Assembly: GCA_003453595.1 (NCBI GenBank)
Contig: DMOG01000026.1
Location: 6,567-70,566 of the forward strand
DNA: 64,000 bases
Direction of reading: 5' to 3'
From: Candidatus Uhrbacteria bacterium
GTDB lineage: Bacteria; Patescibacteriota; Patescibacteriia; UBA9934
Both the position numbers and the translations under genes were made by a program. Positions 56,535 through 64,000 of this stretch are shown here, piece by piece; positions within the stretch are counted from its first letter, which is position 1, and every line of letters starts with the position of its first letter. Below the pieces are notes generated by a model, which made no database searches, was not told the origin of the DNA, and saw nothing but the letters and a program-made list of their open reading frames with translations.

Positions 56535-58511
56535 GTGAAAAAATCAATCCTTACAATCTTTGTCCTAGCACTAGTCCTGATCCCACTAGTTACTGTTTTG
56601 TCGCAAGAACCAAATGCCATCAAAACAGCGAACTATTTTCTATTGTCAGGTTCAACTCTTAATGACAGTCTAACCTTGGAAACACTATCTGCGTACGACC
56701 TACTGGTACTGCCGGCTGAAGCTCAAGTATACAATCCAAATTTTTCCAATGACATCCGGGCATTAAACCCGGATATTGTGTTACTTGCCTACATCCCGAC
56801 TGTTAGCTACAACTCAATTTGGCAAGACAGACTGCATAAGGAACTTTCCTCTGGAATACAAAGTGATTGGTGGTTAAAAAATAAAACCGGATCAACAGTC
56901 TCGATCTGGTCTGGAACCTATGCGTTGGATTTAACATCTGGCTGGAATAATTACCTAGCCGAATTTGTTGCTTATGAAGTTTTACACAATGATTATTGGG
57001 ACGGGGTTTTTTACGATGAAGTAAGCGACAGTATTAGTTGGGTCGGATCTGTCTCGCTTTCCAATGGATCGATAAGTATTGATAGCGCTTGGCAAAGTGC
57101 ATACACACAACTATTTGCAAAAACGCGATCGCTGGTTGGTTTGGGAAAAATCATAATCACCAACGGAAGCTCAAACCTGGCCTATACCCCGTATGTTAAT
57201 GGTCGAATGTTTGAGTCGTTCCCTACTCCTTGGGAAGGCAATGGATCATGGAACACAAACATTAGTAGTTATCTGACTCTGGAAAATTCAGTCGCTTATC
57301 AACCAATCATCTTAATAAACGGTGATACGAGCAACACGGGCAACTCAACTGATTACCAAAATGTTCGATTTGCACTTTCAAGTACGCTTTTGGGTGATGG
57401 ATTTTTCGGCTTTGATTATGGAACCCAGTCTCATGCTCAACTTTGGCGATATGATGAATATGATGCCTACATTGGATCTGCTAAGGGTGACGCAACCCAA
57501 GAGTCAACTGGAATTTGGACCCGTGAGTTTACCAATGGAAAAATTGTTGTAAATCCAACAACCTCTTCGCAAACAATCAAGCTCGATGGCGAGTTTGAAA
57601 AACTTCATGGTGAACAAGATCCAGATTTTAATGACGGATCAATTATTTCGCGTTTAACTCTCGACTCTAAAGACGGCGCAATCCTTGTGCGTCCGATTGC
57701 TGAAATTCTTGGTGGAGTATTTTTAAACGGTGCATTTGCCAGAGTTTTTGACGCACAAGGTGAAACCTATCGCACTGGATTTTTCTCATACAACGATGCC
57801 TATGAAGGCGGTACTCAAGTGATAACTGCTGATATTGATTTTGACATTAATGATGAAACAGTGGTCGCCAATGCTAATCAAGTTTTTATTTACAATGAGG
57901 ATGGTAGTTTGCATGCCAGCTTTTATCCATACACTGAAAATTATAAAGGTGGTGTTAATATTTCAATCGGTGATTTGGAAAGTGATGGTTCTGTAGAAAT
58001 TATAACCGGAACTGAAAATGGCGGTGGAGCCCAAGTTCGAATCTTTAATTCTGACGGAGTTCTTATTAATCCAGGTTTTTTCGCCTATGACAATGTGTAT
58101 CGCGGTGGAGTAAATGTGGCGGTTGGAGACTTAAATGGCGACGGAACCAGAGAAATTATTTGTGGAGCCGGAACCGAGGGCGGACCACATGTTCGCATTT
58201 TTAACAAAGACGGAAGATTAATAAACCCAGGATTTTTTGCTTATGACATCAACTTCCGTGGCGGAGTTAATGTAGCCACTGGTGACCTAAACGGCGACGG
58301 CATTGATGAAATTATTACTGGTCCAGGACTTGGCGGTGCTCCAGAGATCAAAGTCTGGAATAATAATCGAGAGCAACTTGGTTCTTCATTCTGGGGTTCT
58401 GACACCAATAGTTGGCGCGGAGTTGAAGTTTCAACCGCTGATCTTGATCATGACGGCACTGACGAAATTATCGCCTTTACCCAAGATGTATTCACATTTT
58501 CGAACTATTAG
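56535..58511 (+). CDS. Secreted putative glycoside hydrolase (TIM-barrel) with FG-GAP-like repeats
   Basis: WDGVFYDE; repeated GGVNVAxGDLxGDGxxEII...GGxPxVRIF. Confidence 0.8.
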   Translation: MKKSILTIFVLALVLIPLVTVLSQEPNAIKTANYFLLSGSTLNDSLTLETLSAYDLLVLPAEAQVYNPNFSNDIRALNPDIVLLAYIPTVSYNSIWQDRLHKELSSGIQSDWWLKNKTGSTVSIWSGTYALDLTSGWNNYLAEFVAYEVLHNDYWDGVFYDEVSDSISWVGSVSLSNGSISIDSAWQSAYTQLFAKTRSLVGLGKIIITNGSSNLAYTPYVNGRMFESFPTPWEGNGSWNTNISSYLTLENSVAYQPIILINGDTSNTGNSTDYQNVRFALSSTLLGDGFFGFDYGTQSHAQLWRYDEYDAYIGSAKGDATQESTGIWTREFTNGKIVVNPTTSSQTIKLDGEFEKLHGEQDPDFNDGSIISRLTLDSKDGAILVRPIAEILGGVFLNGAFARVFDAQGETYRTGFFSYNDAYEGGTQVITADIDFDINDETVVANANQVFIYNEDGSLHASFYPYTENYKGGVNISIGDLESDGSVEIITGTENGGGAQVRIFNSDGVLINPGFFAYDNVYRGGVNVAVGDLNGDGTREIICGAGTEGGPHVRIFNKDGRLINPGFFAYDINFRGGVNVATGDLNGDGIDEIITGPGLGGAPEIKVWNNNREQLGSSFWGSDTNSWRGVEVSTADLDHDGTDEIIAFTQDVFTFSNY

Positions 58512-58514
58512 CAT

Positions 58515-60365
58515 ATGAGCACACAGCCACCACAATTTTCATGCGACGATACAGTTGATCGAAAATCAAAAAAACATTTACTTGTTTGCTCAATGAATGT
58601 TAGGCGTCAAGCCGGTAAACATGTTTCCGAGCCGATTAAAATGATTTTAAAAGGCAATTATGTTCAAGAAAGGCCAAGACTTCATAAAATTCTTGATGTT
58701 CTAGCTCTAGTTGTCATTACAACAACACTTATTGCGCTTGGCTATTTGCTTTGGCCAAAAAACACACCAGACCTAATTATTATTGACGCGTCCATTGCCC
58801 CTGAACAAGTAATCACTGGCGATCTTTCAACTCTAACTTTTCGCTACGAAAATAATAGTGAAGAAACAATTTCTAATACGCGTTTAACAATTGACCTCCC
58901 AGAACATTTCGAACTTTCCAGCATTGATTCAACTGCCAAACATCTTGGATCACTTGTTTTTAACATTGGTGATATTGCACCAACAGATTATGGCTTTATT
59001 CATATTCAAGGAGCGATGTTCGGCGATGTTGATGGCGAACAAATTTTTACAACCACACTTTCATACACATACTCAACTGAAAAAATAACTGACACAAAAG
59101 TAAGGCAACATATTTTTAAACCTATCCAATCTGCCCTTGAACTTGAACTTTCTTTGCCTGAACATCTAATCGCCTATCAAAAAGTTACCGGTGAGATTCG
59201 CTATACAAACACTGGCTCGATTGCTTTTCCACACCTTATAATCAATCCAAAATGGCCAAATACTTTTGCACTAACAACAAGCTTGCCAGCAAAACAGTCT
59301 GATGGCTTTTTCCATATTGATGAAATAGAGCCAGGAGAAACAGGAATTATTACTTTTGCCGGCTATCTTGGTTCTGAACAAGACTCAACCTTTGTATTTG
59401 AACCATCATTCTCTTTTGATGAAACTAGTTATAAACAGAAAACTCTAACTGATGTGGTAGAAATTTTACCAACACCTTTACAAATCAGCCATTCAATTTT
59501 GGAATCAACCATTAATCCTGGATCAACAATTACGATTGATGCTACTTACAAAAATATCAGTGACTTTAAACTAACTGATATCAGTTTGAAAATTGCCAGC
59601 GACAATAATATTTTTGCCACCTCAGGAATTACTGGCGGGTCATACACCAACGGATATTATATTTTTTCTTCTGTAATTGATGAACTTGCGCCCCAAGAAA
59701 GTGGATCAATCCAAATGAAGCTACCGGTTAAGCAATCCCTTTCACGATCAGCTACAGATGTTTACGAAAATATCTCTATCTCAACTTCTAGCTCAGCAGA
59801 ATTCACATTTTCTCCAGATCAAGAACCAATCACAGTCCAAACAGTTGGATCGCGTTTTGATCTACCATTGACCTCACCAGTAACAATGAGTTCGTTTGGA
59901 AGATACTGGGCGCCAAGTGGTGATCAACTTGGACGAGGGCCTGTTCCGCCAATTGTGGGAGAAACAACCAAGTATTGGATATTCTGGAACATTGAAGAAA
60001 CAACAAATACTTTATCAAATTTAACGCTTGAAGCTGAGTTAGGAACAAATGTGACTATGACCGGACGACAAAGCGTATCAACCGGATCTTCAATTACGCA
60101 ATCACATGGCACTGTTTATTGGTCTATCCCCGAGCTTGACCCAACCCTTCCTCCGGGAAGCGCAGTTGTTGGCATTGCCTTTGAAGTGGCGATTACACCA
60201 AGCCAAGACCAAGTCGGTACTAAACCAACCTTACTTGGTCCAACATTTTTGCGAGCATCTGACAGATTTACTGGTGCTTCGCTCACGCGGACAACAGCAG
60301 GTGTGACAACGGCCATTCCTTATGATACAAAAGCAGCTTCATATGGCGGAATTGTCACAGAATAA
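58515..60365 (+). CDS. Membrane-anchored Ig-like (DUF11-like) repeat protein
   Basis: TM at about aa 60-80; GPVPPIVGETTKYWIFW motif. Confidence 0.72.
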   Translation: MSTQPPQFSCDDTVDRKSKKHLLVCSMNVRRQAGKHVSEPIKMILKGNYVQERPRLHKILDVLALVVITTTLIALGYLLWPKNTPDLIIIDASIAPEQVITGDLSTLTFRYENNSEETISNTRLTIDLPEHFELSSIDSTAKHLGSLVFNIGDIAPTDYGFIHIQGAMFGDVDGEQIFTTTLSYTYSTEKITDTKVRQHIFKPIQSALELELSLPEHLIAYQKVTGEIRYTNTGSIAFPHLIINPKWPNTFALTTSLPAKQSDGFFHIDEIEPGETGIITFAGYLGSEQDSTFVFEPSFSFDETSYKQKTLTDVVEILPTPLQISHSILESTINPGSTITIDATYKNISDFKLTDISLKIASDNNIFATSGITGGSYTNGYYIFSSVIDELAPQESGSIQMKLPVKQSLSRSATDVYENISISTSSSAEFTFSPDQEPITVQTVGSRFDLPLTSPVTMSSFGRYWAPSGDQLGRGPVPPIVGETTKYWIFWNIEETTNTLSNLTLEAELGTNVTMTGRQSVSTGSSITQSHGTVYWSIPELDPTLPPGSAVVGIAFEVAITPSQDQVGTKPTLLGPTFLRASDRFTGASLTRTTAGVTTAIPYDTKAASYGGIVTE

Positions 60366-61542
60366 ACTTGATAGCAAACTCTTTGATCGGTTTTGCCAAC
60401 TACCTGTTTTTTCATTTTCTAAACTAATCACCCCTGATCCTAACAATCTTGAAGAACAAAAACAGGAATTCTTGCGCACTCATAAGAATCCTGTTTTTTT
60501 ATATTCAAAGGCACAAGAGTTTGACGCGGTTGGATACTTGAAAGAAATCAAAGAGTGTCGAGCAGACCTTGAACTGATCAATTCTGATGATTGGATACGA
60601 GATATCTACTTAGCTAAACTAGACGAACTTAAAGCTCGTGCACTTTTTATCAAAGCCATGCAAGATAATAATGATGAAAAAGTTTCCGAGCTGGCAAAAA
60701 ATATCTTTGGAGCTCAGTCTGATGATCAATCAAAGCTTGAGCAAGAACTTAATGATATGCTAGCAACTAACTCAAAACTCCACGCTCATGCTAAAAAAAT
60801 AAATGCAGAAATATTTTCAAAAATGGTTCGCGCTGTGCTCGATGCTTATGGAATGCAAAAATGGAAAATAAAACTTTCCGAAGGATCAGCAATGAAACTT
60901 ACTCGAGGGCGCAAAAGCAAAAGTCTTGCAGTCCATATTCCCAAAAACTTTTCCGCGTCTCGCGCTCGGGCGCAAAGAATTTTAGTTCATGAAATTGAAG
61001 TTCATGCCCTGCGCACCCACAACGCCAAACAAAGCCCGCTAGAGATTTTGCAGGTTGGACTTGATCATTATTCCCAAACCGAGGAAGGACTGGCGCTTTA
61101 TTATCAACAAAAAATCGGCACTGCAAAAACTCCAGCCTTTTGGGAAAGTTATGCCTGTGCTCTTTCCATGGACATGAGTTTTTCAGAAATGTTCAACACA
61201 TTGATTTATGCGCGGACAAAAGTTGATAAGTATGTTGGTCATGACAAATTAGACAAAGAACGGGAAGAAAAAATCTGGAATCTCTGCGTCCGCGCCTATC
61301 GCGGCATTTCAAATCCAAACAAACCAGGACTAGGGACATGTAAGGATCACATTTATCGAACCGGGCTTGATCTGATCAATCAACTCGACATGAACAACAA
61401 ACAAACCCAGAAACTTTTATTTGCCGGTAATATCGGCGTGCAACATCTGTCAAAATTAAATGAGCTTAATGTAAACAATGTCCAAACCCCAATGCTCATC
61501 AGCAAACAAATAGCCAAACAAATCTACCGCGAAAATCGATAA
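60343..61542 (+). CDS. DUF1704 / MATCAP-like metallocarboxypeptidase (QEGLA-motif family)
   Basis: HEIEVH (HExxxH), TEEGLA, KDHIY. Confidence 0.8.
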   Translation: MAELSQNKLDSKLFDRFCQLPVFSFSKLITPDPNNLEEQKQEFLRTHKNPVFLYSKAQEFDAVGYLKEIKECRADLELINSDDWIRDIYLAKLDELKARALFIKAMQDNNDEKVSELAKNIFGAQSDDQSKLEQELNDMLATNSKLHAHAKKINAEIFSKMVRAVLDAYGMQKWKIKLSEGSAMKLTRGRKSKSLAVHIPKNFSASRARAQRILVHEIEVHALRTHNAKQSPLEILQVGLDHYSQTEEGLALYYQQKIGTAKTPAFWESYACALSMDMSFSEMFNTLIYARTKVDKYVGHDKLDKEREEKIWNLCVRAYRGISNPNKPGLGTCKDHIYRTGLDLINQLDMNNKQTQKLLFAGNIGVQHLSKLNELNVNNVQTPMLISKQIAKQIYRENR

Positions 61543-61676
61543 AACTCAGATCAGTCTTCCTCCTCCACCATCCCCTGCCAGACTTCAACAACCAGAGTTT
61601 AATATTTCAGTATATGCAATGTTTTGTGGAGTGAGAGTGTAAGGTGAATTCCATTCTTTAAAACTCCTTAGTCTTT

Positions 61677-62792
61677 CTAGGACATATTTTTAAACTGCTC
61701 ATAACTTCCAATTCTGGCAAAGTTTATTTCAAAGTTAACATTATCTATTTTATCAATTCTTACTGAGTCAATTCCCAAAATTTGCAATCTATCATAAGTC
61801 AAAAGTTCTTCTTCTTTGAGTTTTAAAACGTCTCTTAAAATCCATTGCCCTAACTCACGATTTGAATATGACATAAGAGCTTTTCCGCCATCTTGGCAAA
61901 CTTTTGATTGCATTGTATTTCCATTTGGTAGTTTTAAATCAAAAGGCGTTTCTCGATCAGGGAAAAAACTTGGAAAATTTTTGTGAATTTCCGCTGGAAT
62001 TGGGATATAAACTTCGTTAGCGTGTCTGTCTCTACCGCCTGCATTCCATTGATTTAAACCGCTTTTTTCAAAAACAATTTGATTCCTGCCATATAAAGGT
62101 AAATAAATTGTTTGTTTTATTTTTGATTCTTTTTCAAAATGTAAATCTGTTTTTTCAAGCAGTTCTCTCAATTCCAAAAGCGGATCTTCCAAAATATCAA
62201 CATTGAACTCATAAACAATCGGTTCGGTTATAAATCTTTTTGTGAGTGTACTTTTAGAAACTAAAAAAGAATAATCATGCTTGCCGTCATTAAAAACGAT
62301 TGAGCCTTTTCTTTCTGTTATGTTTTTGATGTTAAAAATATCAACTTTATCCATCACCTCCTCAAAAATCAAAAATTTTCCTTTATTTCTTACAACACAA
62401 TGATAAATTGAGTTTTTAAGAGCGTGGGCATTTTCTGTAAATTCAATTCTGGCGTTTCTTAGTTCTGAAACTTTTTTTATTAAGTCTTCAGGAGATAGGT
62501 TTTCATAAAGTCTTCTGTCATTATTAAATTCAGCAACTTTTTGAAAAGTTTTGTTGTTGTTTGCAAGGAAAGTTTTTAGCCCGATACCTAAAGCGTCTTT
62601 TTTAGCATCAGCCGAAACATCACTTCTTGATAAGTCCTCTGCACTAAAGGCACGACAGAAGACTTTTTCTGCAACTCGATAATATAAATATGGAATATCA
62701 GATTCAGAAAAAAGATTGGAAAGACAACCAGCAATTTTTAGAAAATGCTCGTATTCCTTTTTTAATTCGGGTTTTTGAGTTTGAAAAAACAT
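61677..62792 (-). CDS. Type II restriction endonuclease (NgoFVII-like)
   Basis: Adjacent to a C5 MTase; PYLYYR..E..FC..F..EDLSRSD...DAKK..GIGLKTF; SGLNQWNAGGR. Confidence 0.75.
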   Translation of the reverse strand: MFFQTQKPELKKEYEHFLKIAGCLSNLFSESDIPYLYYRVAEKVFCRAFSAEDLSRSDVSADAKKDALGIGLKTFLANNNKTFQKVAEFNNDRRLYENLSPEDLIKKVSELRNARIEFTENAHALKNSIYHCVVRNKGKFLIFEEVMDKVDIFNIKNITERKGSIVFNDGKHDYSFLVSKSTLTKRFITEPIVYEFNVDILEDPLLELRELLEKTDLHFEKESKIKQTIYLPLYGRNQIVFEKSGLNQWNAGGRDRHANEVYIPIPAEIHKNFPSFFPDRETPFDLKLPNGNTMQSKVCQDGGKALMSYSNRELGQWILRDVLKLKEEELLTYDRLQILGIDSVRIDKIDNVNFEINFARIGSYEQFKNMS

Positions 62793-62795
62793 AAT

Positions 62796-63755
62796 TTAAT
62801 TAGTTAAAGCCTTTCTCATATTTTCAGCTATTCTTTGAATAACTGGTATCGAAACGGAATTTCCAAATTGTTTGTACAAATGAGAATCGGCAATATTAGG
62901 AAGTTTATAATTCTTTGGGAATCCTTGAAAATTAGCACATTCTCTTGGTGTTAATTTTCTAATACCTTTTCCATTTAAAACTAATGGTACATTATGACCA
63001 CCCATTCCCATATTTGCCGTTAAAGTAGGACAGACATTGTTTTTATTTTCTCTGACATATTTTCTTCGCCATTGATAAACAGTGTCTCGTTTTTTGATAT
63101 CTTTTTTCAATACTTCATAAAGTGATTTATCGTTGTAATAATACTTATTATCAACATCTTTTTCTTCAAGACAATCGTGAATTGTTTTGGTAAGTTTTAC
63201 TTTTTCGGGAAATGAAAACTTATCATGTGCTTTTTTATCCAAAAAACCGACAATGTAAATTCTTTCTCTATTTTGCGGAAGATTGCCATATTCCATGGTA
63301 TTCAAAACTTTTACTTTAACAAAATAGCCAAGTTCTTTTTCAAGTTTTTCAAGGATAACTTTTAATGTATTTTCTTTATCATGTGTTTTTAGGTTCTTAA
63401 CATTTTCAAGTAAAAAAGCCTTTGGCTTTTTAGCTTTTAATATTCGTACAATATCAAAAAATAAATTTCCTCTATCTTTTTCATCATTAAACCCTTGCTT
63501 ATATCCTGCGATAGAAAAAGGCTGGCACGGAAAACCGCCACATAAAATATCAAAATCAGGAATTTTTGAAGCAGATATTTTTTGAATATCGCCAAGCACC
63601 ATTTGTTTTTCTGTTTCAAAAAGTTCAGAGAAATTAAGATCAAAAGTTATCTTTGCATTTTCATCAAAGTCATTGGAAAAAACACACTGAAATCCAGCGT
63701 TTTCAAAGCCTATTTTTATTCCGCCTATACCAGCAAATAAATCTATAAATTTCAT
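62796..63755 (-). CDS. DNA (cytosine-5)-methyltransferase
   Basis: DLFAGIGG, GFPCQPFS, ENV, QNRERIYIVG, YKQFGNSV. Confidence 0.96.
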   Translation of the reverse strand: MKFIDLFAGIGGIKIGFENAGFQCVFSNDFDENAKITFDLNFSELFETEKQMVLGDIQKISASKIPDFDILCGGFPCQPFSIAGYKQGFNDEKDRGNLFFDIVRILKAKKPKAFLLENVKNLKTHDKENTLKVILEKLEKELGYFVKVKVLNTMEYGNLPQNRERIYIVGFLDKKAHDKFSFPEKVKLTKTIHDCLEEKDVDNKYYYNDKSLYEVLKKDIKKRDTVYQWRRKYVRENKNNVCPTLTANMGMGGHNVPLVLNGKGIRKLTPRECANFQGFPKNYKLPNIADSHLYKQFGNSVSIPVIQRIAENMRKALTN

Positions 63756-64000
63756 AGTTTAATTATACCTTTGTTTTAAATATAAATAAATCGTTTTTGA
63801 AGCGATAGCGGAGAAAACACCTTTTACCCCCTCTTTAAAAATTAAAAAAATCAAATTCCTAATTTTTTAAAGCACACCAAAAGCATTTTAAAAACAAATT
63901 TTTTAAAAATATATCGCCTAACTCTAATTTATCCGAATAAAAAACCGCCTTTGCTATTCTCAAAAAGCGGTTTTTTATTAAACTTATTTGATTGTCATCG

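Noticed and set aside
61572-61580. CCCCTGCCA matching the tRNA-Trp 3' end at the edge of the restriction-modification cassette (possible att site)
   Set aside because: Only 9 bp; pairing it with the tRNA at 3334 would enclose many housekeeping genes, and no integrase is present in the window
1-64000. Alternative genetic code (TGA=Gly as in Gracilibacteria, or TAG recoding)
   Set aside because: Conserved genes are full length under code 11 and end in TGA (rfbB) or TAG (mreB) at expected positions; the DUF559 internal TAG is an isolated case

Overview
Chromosomal window of an AT-rich (roughly 35-42% GC by eye) bacterium using code 11. The gene content points to Patescibacteria/CPR, probably the Uhrbacteria/Magasanikbacteria-like ABY1 group (inference from LxGAGC lipoprotein-like signals, DUF4012, DUF5667, a giant acidic S-layer-like protein and housekeeping genes mostly without a Shine-Dalgarno site). 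It carries three tRNAs (Thr-GGT partial, Thr-TGT, Trp-CCA), housekeeping genes (rlmN, DEAD-box and PIF1 helicases, rpmG, tpiA, glyQS, frr, holB, mreB), a long surface-glycan region (GT2/GT4/GT-C, rmlBCD), a subtilase/S-layer/ECF-sigma block and a low-GC type II restriction-modification pair. Two things stand out. (1) Five very GC-rich genes, plus one of intermediate GC, sit as isolated transcript-shaped units: GC-rich leader hairpins, a strong GGAG(G) SD, GC3-rich codons, a TAG stop and a GC-rich 3' hairpin, several of them behind native-looking TTGACA promoters. Two are divergent lipoproteins with the same C-T-D-L-S mature N-terminus. (2) Several short palindromic repeat families are present with candidate small nucleases (RAYT, DUF559, GIY-YIG), including copies nested in each other and copies translated in-frame inside proteins.
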